DNA of 64,000 bases from Abditibacteriaceae bacterium (GTDB taxonomy: Bacteria; Armatimonadota; Abditibacteriia; Abditibacteriales; Abditibacteriaceae), in contig JANMKN010000244.1 of NCBI GenBank assembly GCA_031372065.1, positions 21,415-85,414 on the forward strand. Reading direction: 5' to 3'. The first letter of the stretch is position 1. Each line of letters starts with the position of its first letter. The position numbers and the translations under genes were made by a program. Shown in pieces: positions 41,263 to 50,952 of the stretch. The notes beneath the pieces are model-generated. The model worked only from the letters and a program-made list of their open reading frames with translations. It was not told the origin of the DNA and ran no database searches.

Positions 41263-42376
41263 AGTTCTTTTCCTTGGGTTCGAGTATGCCAGAGTTCAAC
41301 ATAGTGCTTCGTGCCAGCGGACGCAGTGTGCTAAGTAGTGCTTTTGTAAAACGCGCTGTGTCCCGCTTATCAAGGTGCGAGCCATCAGGACAATCGAAGG
41401 CTTTCAACACTGGCACATCGCTGAAATAAATTGCCGGTGCGCCAATCTCGCGGGCAAACACGTCCCAGTATCGGCGTTTGGGATATTGGATTTCTTGGAC
41501 TTCTCGATACTGGCCCGACATTGGAAAACGCACAAATAGAACCTCGCCGCCACGCCTTTGAAGCGCTTCAATCCAAGGCCGCATTTGCCCGATGCCTTGG
41601 CGCAATTTTGCCACTGTCGGCGGTGCGTCTTTTTTAAAAAGTGTCTGCATACGGAGGATGCGGAATTTGCGATGAGATTCAATATCTACTATCCGATAAT
41701 CCGCTGGGCGCGAGCGATCTGCGTTCATTTCCAAATAAAAAGGCCGGGGGCGCTGCTTTCGTGCTAATTTTTGCATAAAACTCAGCGGCGTTAAATGTGG
41801 CACGCGAAAAACCGCGCTCTGCTCAATGGTTTTCTTTAGGCCAAATTCGAAACAGTTGAACACGTTTTGCCCATGAAAATGGCGCACATAATAACGAGGC
41901 GTGAGAACCGCATCGTCTTCGTGATCTGGCGCTTGTGGAAAGAGATGGCGTTCTTCTACATCACAAATTACCGTGCCGCGAAATTGCGGATCAGCGGCCA
42001 AATCTTCCAAAACCGGCCAAGGCGAAGCACCATTTATCGCAAGTTGCACCGGAACAATGCCAGTTTCTTGTTCGACAGTTTGCAAATTCAAATCTAATTG
42101 ACCGCGCGATGAGCCTATGAAAACGATAGCTTTTGTGCCATTTTGTGTTGCGCGTTGGCGAGTCCAAGCCCATAAATCAGCATCGTCGGTCAGTTCTGGC
42201 TTAAAACCGCGCGAGCGCCACACACTTTCCCACGCAGCCAAAAAGACCAATGTCAACAGCACCACCACTATCCAAACGCGGCGCCACGGGCCAATTGGCA
42301 AGCGGTCGTTGACTGTATGATGCATCCGTTCTTCCGAGCGGCGCTGAAAGTCAGAATTGGAAGTAGATAAAGGCAC
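41255..42376 (-). CDS. SGNH-like partner of the MBOAT (AlgJ/DltD-like)
   Basis: One TM, FIGSSR, PDGSHLD; GTG 42376 overlaps the MBOAT 3' end. Confidence 0.7.
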   Translation of the reverse strand: MPLSTSNSDFQRRSEERMHHTVNDRLPIGPWRRVWIVVVLLTLVFLAAWESVWRSRGFKPELTDDADLWAWTRQRATQNGTKAIVFIGSSRGQLDLNLQTVEQETGIVPVQLAINGASPWPVLEDLAADPQFRGTVICDVEERHLFPQAPDHEDDAVLTPRYYVRHFHGQNVFNCFEFGLKKTIEQSAVFRVPHLTPLSFMQKLARKQRPRPFYLEMNADRSRPADYRIVDIESHRKFRILRMQTLFKKDAPPTVAKLRQGIGQMRPWIEALQRRGGEVLFVRFPMSGQYREVQEIQYPKRRYWDVFAREIGAPAIYFSDVPVLKAFDCPDGSHLDKRDTARFTKALLSTLRPLARSTMLNSGILEPKEKNYD

Positions 42377-43784
42377 GATTATCTCCCGGAGCAAAAGCGA
42401 TGCAAAGCAACATAAAAACTAAAATCAGCGCGCGCCCCCAGAAGGGAAAGCGACTTGCCGCTTCTTCTAACGACGAATTACGTAACAGCCAATGCGTCAC
42501 TAACAAAGCCGCTGTCAACCCCAAAATATTCAAACTGTCTGGCGAATGCCATTCCATTTGACTCTTGCCGCCGCTCACCATGACTTTTACCAGATGAAAC
42601 GCATCCGACAATGAACGGGCGCGAAAGAAAACCCATGTCACACAAACCGCCAAAAACGTAATAACTGACGCGCTCATCACGGCCACTGGAAGCTGCGTTA
42701 CCGATTGCCACTTCGGTTTCCGCGACTCGAAAGCCGCTCGCAAAGCACGCTCAACAACCAAATAAAATCCGTGCAAGCCGCCCCATAAAACAAACATCCA
42801 CGAAGCGCCGTGCCACAAGCCGCCGATCAGCATAGTCAGCATCAAATTCGCATAAGTGCGCCCTTCGCCCCTGCGATTGCCGCCTAAAGGAATATAAAGG
42901 TAGTCGCGCAGCCATGATGACAGCGAAATGTGCCAGCGCCGCCAAAAATCGGAAAACCAAATCGCCGCGTAAGGAAAGCGAAAATTGTCGGGGAAAACAA
43001 ATCCCAAACACAGCGCGACGCCTATCGCGGCCAGTGAATAGCCGTTGAAGTCACAATAAATTTGTCCGGCAAAGGCGAAAGTGCCAATCCACGCATCAAC
43101 GCCTCCGGCCAACTGCGCCCCATCATAAACCTGATCTGCTATTGGGCCGAATACGCCATCGGCCAGCACCATTTTTTCAAACAAGCCGACGATTAATAAA
43201 ACCAATCCCCAAGCGATTTGCTGCCTGTTGGCGCGGCGCGGCGTTTCGCATTGCGGCAGGAAATCCACGGCCCGCAAAATCGGCCCGGCCACCAAATGCG
43301 GGAAAAATGTCACCAGCAAAGCGAAATCAAGAAACGAACGACTCGGTTTGATTTCACCGCGATAAACATCTATGGTGTAAGAGAGCGTGACAAAGGTGTA
43401 AAACGAAATGCCGATGGGCAAAACGATGTCCGGCGCAGCGGCATGATACTCAATTCCGGCAGCGTGCAGAGCCGCTGTAAAACTTTCCAACAAAAAACCG
43501 CCGTATTTGAAATAACCCAGCAACCCTAGATTGACTGCCAAACTGATGAACAAATAAAACTTTTTGCGTGCCGCGTCTTGGGCACGCACAATCGCTTGCG
43601 CAACGTGCCAATCCACAATCGTCGCCAACCAAAGCAGCGCCACCAGCGGCGGATTCCACGCTGCGTAAAAAATATACGACGCCACCATCAAATTGATTTT
43701 TTTAATAGTCCACGAAAAAGGCAGATTATGCAGCACCAATACTATCGCGAAAAATAACAAAAACGTGAGCGAATTGAAGATCAT
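42351..43784 (-). CDS. MBOAT O-acyltransferase (AlgI/DltB-like)
   Basis: MIFNS, LPIGISFYTF, FWRRWHISLSSWLRDYLYIPLGG, GLWHGA, FIYFQF. Confidence 0.95.
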   Translation of the reverse strand: MIFNSLTFLLFFAIVLVLHNLPFSWTIKKINLMVASYIFYAAWNPPLVALLWLATIVDWHVAQAIVRAQDAARKKFYLFISLAVNLGLLGYFKYGGFLLESFTAALHAAGIEYHAAAPDIVLPIGISFYTFVTLSYTIDVYRGEIKPSRSFLDFALLVTFFPHLVAGPILRAVDFLPQCETPRRANRQQIAWGLVLLIVGLFEKMVLADGVFGPIADQVYDGAQLAGGVDAWIGTFAFAGQIYCDFNGYSLAAIGVALCLGFVFPDNFRFPYAAIWFSDFWRRWHISLSSWLRDYLYIPLGGNRRGEGRTYANLMLTMLIGGLWHGASWMFVLWGGLHGFYLVVERALRAAFESRKPKWQSVTQLPVAVMSASVITFLAVCVTWVFFRARSLSDAFHLVKVMVSGGKSQMEWHSPDSLNILGLTAALLVTHWLLRNSSLEEAASRFPFWGRALILVFMLLCIAFAPGDNRAFIYFQF

Positions 43785-43857
43785 TGTTGGAATTTCACAC
43801 TCAAAAGCAAATCTCAGTATGGCTGAGGCGAAATAGGAGTCAACTTTCTCGGCGGGC

Positions 43858-43962
43858 AATTGAAGATTCTGGGCTGGCAAGTCAATGACTTAGGCTGGCC
43901 TTTCAATGATCTGGGCTGGCTTTTCAATGATCTGGGCTGGCTTTTCATTAGTCTGGGCTGGC
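43858..43962. repeat. Five degenerate 21-bp tandem repeats
   Basis: Consensus TTTTCAATGATCTGGGCTGGC; GGCTGGC ends at 43878, 43899, 43920, 43941, 43962. Confidence 0.9.
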
Positions 43963-44039
43963 TTCCTTAGGGGTTAGGCGGTTTTAGCAGCGGCCCATTC
44001 CTGCGGCGCCTTTGTCTATAACAGCGCAACGAAAAAATC

Positions 44040-47000
44040 ATGCAAACACTTCGCTCTATCCTTATATTATGCGCTGCTGCGACTTTTGTCTGTGCGGCGA
44101 ATGCACAAACCCTCGTGCAGAAGACCGCCGAACCGTTTGAAAGCGCGGCGTGGCGCGGCGCCGACGACAGCAGCGCCGGAGGCGGCACTAAAATTTCGGC
44201 CAACGTGCCCGCCGAACTCGGCGCCAAATCTAAGAGCGCGCTCGATTTTCAGGCCGATTTTTCGGGCAAAGGCTTCGAGTTCTTCAAAGGCGCACCCTCG
44301 CAGCCGCTCGTCATTCCCGGCGTGACCCGCAAAGTCTCGCTGTGGGTGCGCGCCGACAACAAATACGGCTGGGTTTTGCAGTTCAAAGACGGCTGGGGGC
44401 GCAGCGAGGCGGGCGGGCAAAAGCTCGAATGGAATATCACTAAAGGCGCCGACGGCACGTGGAAAAAAGTAGTTTTCGACGTGCCGCCGACATGGGTGCA
44501 GCCGCTGACTATTGACGGCGTGCTGGTGCATAACTGGGACGCCAAAACGACAAAAGCCAGCGCGATTTTAAGCCTCGATCAGCTCGAAGTCGAAACCGAC
44601 ATCACCGACGTGGACGACGAAACCGGCATCCTCAAAACGTGGAAAGCGACAGCATTAGCCGTGCCCGGTGGCCCAGCGCCCGACAAAAATCTGCTGAAAA
44701 GCGCGCCAGTCACGCCGCTTTTGAAAGTGAGCCTTGCCGGAACCGAAATTCACAACGTTTTTTCGGGCGTGAGGCCGCAATTCGTGCTTACGGCGCAAAA
44801 CTGGCGGCCGACGGCGGCTTCCGGTGCGTTGCAATGGAAGGTTTTCGATCCGCAAGGCGCTGTTTTGAAAAGCGGCAACGAAACCGTGAAAGTCGAAGAC
44901 AACTTTTCGCTGTCATTGCCGCTCGACACGCCCAAATTCGGCGTTTACAGACTTGATTCCACTATCATGTGGCAGGACGGTAAAAAACAGACGGCCTCGC
45001 AGCCTTTCGCGGTTATTCCGGTTGCCAAGGAACTGAGCGACGCCGAAAAAGACGTTTCCCCTTATGGATTGAACGTGCATTCGGGCGGCGAGGTGATGGT
45101 TTCGACCTTTCGCAAGGCGGGCGTCACTTGGTTTCGCGATTATGGATTCAATTGGGAATGGATGCTGCGCGCCAAAGGCAGCGACAAAAGCTACGGCGGC
45201 TGGCCGTGGTATCCGAAAATCGTGCAGAAATACGAGGATAACGGCGCCCGCGTGCTGGGAAACCTTGCCACGGCGCTTAAGCCTCCAGCGGGCAATCGCA
45301 CCGCGCCGGATTTGAACTGGGTGCGCGAAATGGTCGGCATTCAGACCGCGTTTTCGTCGCTGCGCTACTGGGAACTGGACAACGAATACGATTTGAATAC
45401 CGCGAATGCAAAGGCCGAAGAAGCCATCGCGTGGAAAAATTACGGCCAATATCACAAGAAATTCGGCGACATCGCGCATTTATTAGGCGATGGGCAACTG
45501 GTGGCTGTGGAAAACGGGCGCGCCGGAATTTGGCCCGAACGCCTGCGTCGCATGGTGCAAAGCGGGGATTTCGCTTCGATTGATGTGGTCAACAGCCATC
45601 ATTATTGCGGCACCGATTCGCCCGAAATCAACGTCATCAATCACAATATGGGCTTCGCGGGCGACGAAAACGTGATGAGCTTTTTCGATCAACTGCGCGC
45701 CGCACACAAAGCCGGTTCCAGCGACGGCAAAGCGCGCCAACACTGGCTGACCGAGTTCGGTTGGGACACCAAAGCCGGGCCGGTGGTTTCCCCCGCGCAA
45801 CAAGCAGCCTATTTGCAGCGCGCGTTCATGCTTTTGGCGGCATCGGGCACCGAAAAAGGCTTCTGGTTCTTCGATCTTGATGCCGACAAGGCGAATCAAT
45901 TTTTCGACGGCTGCGGCCTTTTCACCTTTGAAAAGTTCCCCAAACTTTCTTATGCGGCTTTCGCGGGCCTCACGCAGATTTTGCCGAAGCCGCAATACAT
46001 CGGCGGCATCAGCGCCGGGGAAAATACGCACGGTTATCTGTTCCAGAGCGACGGCAAATTGGTGGCGGCGCTGTGGACTTTGGACGATAAAAAAGGGCCG
46101 AGCGTCAACTTCGAGGGTGCCAAAACCTACGATTATTTCGCCAATTCGCTTGATAAAACCACCGTGGAACTGGGCATGGAGCCGGTTTTCGCGGTTGGCG
46201 TGGCCGAAAACAGCCGTTGGTTTCGGCAAGCGGCTTACAACCTCGAATCGCCGCACCTCATTTCGGTCACGGCGGGCGATTCCGTGACGGCCAATTTGCA
46301 GGTCAAAAACGCGCGGCCCGGCGCCATCTCCGGAAAAGTGCGCCTGCAACTGCCGCCCGGCTGGACGGACGCTGGCGGCGAAACAAATGTCAGCGTGGCG
46401 CCGGGCCAGACCGCGAGTATTTCACTCACTTTCCGCGTCGGCACCGACGAGCCGCTCGGCGAGAAAATCGTGCGCCTTGCCGTCAGCGAAGGCGAGCCGC
46501 TGATTGCGATTCCGTTGCGCGTGCAGATTCAGCGTCCGATTGTGATGACGGTGCGCGGCCTCAAAGGAGAGCCGGGCGAAAGCGACGTGAACATTCGCAT
46601 TAGCAACCGTTCGGCGCAACCTTTGGACGGCACGCTGCGCTTCAAACTGCCCGCTTCGTGGAACACGACGACGCCCGAAATCAAAGTCGAGGCGCTTAAA
46701 CCAATGGAAGTGCGCGACGTGACGGCCAAAGTGCGCTGGACGCCGACGTGGAATGCGGGCGAAGTGGCCGCCGTCGAATATCAAAGCGCTGATGGTCGCG
46801 GCGCCACACAACCGCTGATTCCCAGCCGCCTGACGATTTACGCTGCGCCGAACCTCGTGATGGACGGCGACCTGAAAGACTGGCCCGCCAAAAACCGCCT
46901 GCCCGATTGGGTGCTCGGTTCGACGATGGGCGCCGCCAATGCCGCCGTTTATCTGGCGTGGTCGGACAAAGGGCTGCACGTCGCGGTGGAGGCGCACGAT

Positions 47001-47435
47001 TCCAAAGCGCAGGTGCCTGATCCGCGCAGTTTTTGGGCTGGTGACGTGCTGGAATTGTTCGTAGACACGCGCGACAAGAAAACGCCGCGCGCCTTTGATC
47101 CGGGCGATCACCAGTTCTGGCTGGCGCCGCAAATCGAGCAAAAGCGCGTTTACCTCGGCCAGTGGAAGCGCAACGCGGAGATTCCCGAAACGCTCTACGA
47201 CTTGCCGAACATTCAAAGCGCATCGGCCAAGCGTGGCGACGGCTATGTGATGGAATGCCTGATTCCGGCGGCGATGATTAAAGATTTCAAACCGGCGGCG
47301 GGCGCGAAACTCGGCCTGAATTTGAATCTCACGGTCAAAGGCACGCCGCAAGACCGCGAAGTGTTCTGGACGCAGCCGAAATCCGAAGCCGCCGCGCAAC
47401 CCGCCGCGTGGGGCACGGTCACGCTGAGTAATTGA
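44040..47435 (+). CDS. Large secreted clan GH-A-like glycoside hydrolase with Ig-like and CBM9-like domains
   Basis: Signal peptide; WELDNE and WLTEFGW catalytic-type motifs; DGDLKDW...GDVLELFVD module. Confidence 0.7.
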   Translation: MQTLRSILILCAAATFVCAANAQTLVQKTAEPFESAAWRGADDSSAGGGTKISANVPAELGAKSKSALDFQADFSGKGFEFFKGAPSQPLVIPGVTRKVSLWVRADNKYGWVLQFKDGWGRSEAGGQKLEWNITKGADGTWKKVVFDVPPTWVQPLTIDGVLVHNWDAKTTKASAILSLDQLEVETDITDVDDETGILKTWKATALAVPGGPAPDKNLLKSAPVTPLLKVSLAGTEIHNVFSGVRPQFVLTAQNWRPTAASGALQWKVFDPQGAVLKSGNETVKVEDNFSLSLPLDTPKFGVYRLDSTIMWQDGKKQTASQPFAVIPVAKELSDAEKDVSPYGLNVHSGGEVMVSTFRKAGVTWFRDYGFNWEWMLRAKGSDKSYGGWPWYPKIVQKYEDNGARVLGNLATALKPPAGNRTAPDLNWVREMVGIQTAFSSLRYWELDNEYDLNTANAKAEEAIAWKNYGQYHKKFGDIAHLLGDGQLVAVENGRAGIWPERLRRMVQSGDFASIDVVNSHHYCGTDSPEINVINHNMGFAGDENVMSFFDQLRAAHKAGSSDGKARQHWLTEFGWDTKAGPVVSPAQQAAYLQRAFMLLAASGTEKGFWFFDLDADKANQFFDGCGLFTFEKFPKLSYAAFAGLTQILPKPQYIGGISAGENTHGYLFQSDGKLVAALWTLDDKKGPSVNFEGAKTYDYFANSLDKTTVELGMEPVFAVGVAENSRWFRQAAYNLESPHLISVTAGDSVTANLQVKNARPGAISGKVRLQLPPGWTDAGGETNVSVAPGQTASISLTFRVGTDEPLGEKIVRLAVSEGEPLIAIPLRVQIQRPIVMTVRGLKGEPGESDVNIRISNRSAQPLDGTLRFKLPASWNTTTPEIKVEALKPMEVRDVTAKVRWTPTWNAGEVAAVEYQSADGRGATQPLIPSRLTIYAAPNLVMDGDLKDWPAKNRLPDWVLGSTMGAANAAVYLAWSDKGLHVAVEAHDSKAQVPDPRSFWAGDVLELFVDTRDKKTPRAFDPGDHQFWLAPQIEQKRVYLGQWKRNAEIPETLYDLPNIQSASAKRGDGYVMECLIPAAMIKDFKPAAGAKLGLNLNLTVKGTPQDREVFWTQPKSEAAAQPAAWGTVTLSN

Positions 47436-47521
47436 AGTTGTGGGACGCCAACGCATCGTCTGCCGCAGTGAGAGTTGGGGTTTTGCGCCGCAGTCGGTAA
47501 ACTTTAGCGCAGGCGACAACA

Positions 47522-47706
47522 ATGACAATCGAAGAATTTGATGCGCTATTGGAAGCCGGAACCGCCCGTTTGCGGACTGAATGGAAGCCAAGGCTCTGCG
47601 CATGGAAACTCTGGCGCAACGTCAGGAGCAGATCGCCGACGAATTGGAGCGTTTGTTCGCCGAAAATCGGCAAATCAAGCAGGAAAAAGAGCTTTTATTG
47701 AATTAG
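47522..47706 (+). pseudogene. Small coiled-coil gene, apparently frameshifted
   Basis: MTIEEFDALLEAGTARLRTE joins MEAKALRMETLAQRQEQIADELERLFAENRQIKQEKELLLN if one A is added near 47580. Confidence 0.4.
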
Positions 47707-47720
47707 GAGCGGGGCTTGTT

Positions 47721-49643
47721 ATGAAAACTTTTGCAGATGCTAAAAAAGAAGCACAAAGCGATCAGCCTTTATTGGTGCGGGTGTTAGTGCGGGCAGGTGA
47801 CCGACTTCGTGGTATTGCTGAAGATGCAAGATTGTTCCATGAGCAGGTAGGCCGGACATCAGGAAATAAGGCTGCGGCATATTTTCCTGCATTCGCTCCT
47901 TACCTTATCGGCGGTGCAGGAGGTGCCCTTGCAACTGCAATTTTTTTTGGAAAGCCTGTAAGTGCTGAACCCGGTGAAAAATCTCCTGTTACAACTCTTG
48001 TTAACTCGATAGTATTTCCGTCGACTTTAACCAAAGAAATACGGGAGGGGGAAATTGCTTTTTCTGGCTCTAATCTACGAAGTGACGGTAAGAACTTGGT
48101 CTTTAGGGCTAACGCATTTTTTTTGAAAAATGGTAATAGTAAAGAAATTGATAAAGAGCGCGCCGGCGTGATTGGTTCGAAAACTGAAATTTTGTTAGAT
48201 GGTGATCCCTCGGCACTTACAAACATTCCTCAGGACGCTAACCTTGTGGCTATTGGTGTTGATCCTACGAAGACAGGAAATAACGAATTTGTCGTCCGAA
48301 GATTATTGGCAAGAAGTCCGAATGGATTACTAAATGGATTACTGGCAAGAAATTCGAATGGAGCCAAAATACACGAGATCGCTCCACCAACCGTTGTTCA
48401 GCAGCCTTCTTCGAATATTCGACAAGGCATAACACCTACAGAAGCTGGGATTCTGCCATATTTTCCTACGAAGATAGCAACGTTACCTTGGGTTGATCGC
48501 CCCCTGCCCATAGTCTTGCCTCGTGATATATTAGCAGAGCGAGAATGGCTTAAAAGACTGTATGTTCCTGGTTTTTATAATATGGACATTACACCAGATA
48601 GCGAAGTCGTAAGAGATACAAAAAATAGGGTGTATCGGAAAGGCCACGCGGATTTCGAAGTTGATCTCACGACACCTGAAGCTATGGCGTATTACTTACA
48701 CTTAAGTAATCCAAGACTTTATGGGAAAGTAGTTGCTTTAGGAGCAGTCCTTGCAAATGGTATCCCTGACATTCGTATATTAAATGGTATGCAGGTGGAT
48801 TCTGATAAGGCAGGGCAACCCCGAAGCATTCCTTCAGAATTTATTCGCAAATGTTTGATAACGGATAAGTCTTTCTACATCGAACCATGTGATGGTGTGG
48901 AAGGACTGCTAAAAATGGCTCGAAAAATATCGGTAGATTTTACAAGTGTTAATCTTACCGGTGAAGCATTTACACGAATATCTTCTCCGTTATTACCCCC
49001 TGTTGATTTCACGAAAATTCCACCTCCTACAGTGCCACTTGACTACGGAATACTGAAGGGGATGTGGAAGGGGAATAATATGCGTGATACGGCAAAAGTT
49101 CCTGTCCCTTTCCTTCTTACTTCTCAGCAGATTGACCGGATGTCAACAGGGGAGAGGGCAAGAGAAATTATTTCAAAATTAGATGAAGCGACAGCAGTTG
49201 AAGGCAATCCTGAACCGGGCAAAATTGGAAGAGATTGTGATTGGCTCACTGCCGCTTTAGCTGAGAGTATGATTCGCGCAGGCCTACCGGCTTTAAGATT
49301 CGCCGGCGTATCGTCTGCTTCCGGGCAGGGGCATGCAGTTGTGGCTTCTACGATTTACGATCAAGAAGAAAGTAAATGGCAAAACTTTTCAGCAGACGTA
49401 GTATTTCAAAATAAAAATTTCAATGCTGCTAAATCAATTGATGCAGCAAATGCCAGATACGTTTTTTTAGGGAACGTAACCCCGACATCACCTGGCAGAA
49501 TTGAATACGGAGGAAAAAAAATTGTTTTGGACAAGGAACCTTTCGACTTTTTCATGGTGCGTGCTACTGATATTCCGAGGGTTCTTGAGGTTGAAATGAT
49601 CGACACAGATTTTCAGAAAGTTAGGGTCACTGAAAGAAAATAA
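47721..49643 (+). CDS. Foreign-looking protein with C-terminal transglutaminase-like core
   Basis: AGGAG before ATG 47721; GRDCDWLTAALAESMIRAGLPALR..G..GHAVV..W...AD (C-H-D); AT-richer than flanks. Confidence 0.6.
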   Translation: MKTFADAKKEAQSDQPLLVRVLVRAGDRLRGIAEDARLFHEQVGRTSGNKAAAYFPAFAPYLIGGAGGALATAIFFGKPVSAEPGEKSPVTTLVNSIVFPSTLTKEIREGEIAFSGSNLRSDGKNLVFRANAFFLKNGNSKEIDKERAGVIGSKTEILLDGDPSALTNIPQDANLVAIGVDPTKTGNNEFVVRRLLARSPNGLLNGLLARNSNGAKIHEIAPPTVVQQPSSNIRQGITPTEAGILPYFPTKIATLPWVDRPLPIVLPRDILAEREWLKRLYVPGFYNMDITPDSEVVRDTKNRVYRKGHADFEVDLTTPEAMAYYLHLSNPRLYGKVVALGAVLANGIPDIRILNGMQVDSDKAGQPRSIPSEFIRKCLITDKSFYIEPCDGVEGLLKMARKISVDFTSVNLTGEAFTRISSPLLPPVDFTKIPPPTVPLDYGILKGMWKGNNMRDTAKVPVPFLLTSQQIDRMSTGERAREIISKLDEATAVEGNPEPGKIGRDCDWLTAALAESMIRAGLPALRFAGVSSASGQGHAVVASTIYDQEESKWQNFSADVVFQNKNFNAAKSIDAANARYVFLGNVTPTSPGRIEYGGKKIVLDKEPFDFFMVRATDIPRVLEVEMIDTDFQKVRVTERK

Positions 49644-49789
49644 ATTATCTGTGTGTTAAATACGGGTCAGTATGTGGTTGCTACTGTGTTCTATTTTTGA
49701 AATACATAGAACAGAGGAATCTTCATCTGGCGGTATGAGTTTGTCTTGCTCTTCGGGGTGAGGAGAACTCCTTTGTAATTAACTTCTAA

Positions 49790-49834
49790 GCCGCCCAACC
49801 CGCCGCGTGGGGCACGGTGACGCTGGGCAATTGA
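49790..49834 (+). repeat. Diverged duplicate of the last 45 bp of the 44040-47435 gene
   Basis: 41/45 identical to 47391-47435; encodes AAQPAAWGTVTLGN* versus AAQPAAWGTVTLSN*. Confidence 0.92.
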
Positions 49835-49944
49835 GCAGACAATGCGTTTCGCGGATTAATTAGGAGCAACCTGAAAGAGCGTTATACTACGCCAAGGTGA
49901 GGTCAGGTCTTTGGCCAAACTGTTTTTACGGGAAAGGTTGAAAT

Positions 49945-50952
49945 ATGTCCTATGTTCTCGGCAGTATCATCGGCTTTGGCGCTTGGTTTGTAGTGCGCTA
50001 CTTTTTGGCCGGGCTTTACACGGTTGCTCAAAACGAGCGCGCTGTAAAAACCGTTTGCGGACGTGCTGAACGCATTCCCAATGTCACCACATTAGACGAC
50101 CCCATCACCGAGTATTTGCATGACGATGAAAGAGAGCGCTACGTTTATCCCCAAGTGCGCGTCATCCCAGCCGGTGGGCCTTATTTCAAGTGGCCGTGGG
50201 AGCGCATTTACAAAGTTTCAATTGCCACCCAGACCATTAATATGGCTTACGACCCGGAAACTCCGGCGGCCAATTATGGCGGGCAAATTCTCGAAGCCGT
50301 CACCAAAGACCAACTCAACACTGGCTTGAACGGCCAAATTCGTTATCGTATTTCCGAGCGCAATTTGTATGCATATCTTTTTGGTGTCAAGCGCCCCTTT
50401 GTTCATGTGATGGGCTATTTCGTTTCTGTGTTACGCGAGCGCATCGCTAATTTCGAAGCACCAGTTAACGCCGATCCGAGCGCGCTTTTAGGCTCACAAC
50501 CATTGGATGCCAGCATTGTAACAGGCGTTTCCATCAACGATCTTCGTAAAAACCTGCGTGACCTCAACGAACACATGGAGCGTGAATGTCTGTCTTCAGT
50601 GGCACGTTACGGCATCACGCTTGATGCCTCGCTGATTACCGGCATTGACCCACCGCCGGAAGTGGAGTCGGCGCTGGCGGCCATCAATACTGCACATAAT
50701 CACGTTTCTTCCGACATCAGTTTGGCCCAAGCTTCGGCGGATCAAAAAATCGTGCAGTCGAAGCGCGCTGTCGAAATCGAAACACTCAATGCTCAAGCCG
50801 AAGTCGAGCCACTTCAAGCGCTGGCCGCGCAGCTTGGCGAATTGAAAAAGAACGGCCCAGATGCCCTACCCGCCTATTTGCGCAACGTGCGATTGAAACT
50901 TTATAGTCGCGCCACGCAAGCCATCTTGGAAATCAACGGAGGTAAGCAATGA
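49945..50952 (+). CDS. SPFH/Band 7 domain protein
   Basis: N-terminal TM, YTVAQNERAV, GPYFKWPW, IDPPPEVESAL, Ala/Glu-rich tail. Confidence 0.8.
   Translation: MSYVLGSIIGFGAWFVVRYFLAGLYTVAQNERAVKTVCGRAERIPNVTTLDDPITEYLHDDERERYVYPQVRVIPAGGPYFKWPWERIYKVSIATQTINMAYDPETPAANYGGQILEAVTKDQLNTGLNGQIRYRISERNLYAYLFGVKRPFVHVMGYFVSVLRERIANFEAPVNADPSALLGSQPLDASIVTGVSINDLRKNLRDLNEHMERECLSSVARYGITLDASLITGIDPPPEVESALAAINTAHNHVSSDISLAQASADQKIVQSKRAVEIETLNAQAEVEPLQALAAQLGELKKNGPDALPAYLRNVRLKLYSRATQAILEINGGKQ

Noticed and set aside
46422..47603. Long antisense ORFs (also 45483-46349, 60499-61725, 25820-26596 and similar)
   Set aside because: Shadows of GC-rich sense genes with no recognisable motifs
47538..47720. 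N-terminal extension of the 701-aa ORF
   Set aside because: A ribosome site and the compositional shift support ATG 47721
47391..49834. 45-bp repeat pair as a DGR template/variable repeat
   Set aside because: Mismatches (G/C, C/G, A/G, T/C) are not adenine-specific and no RT is present
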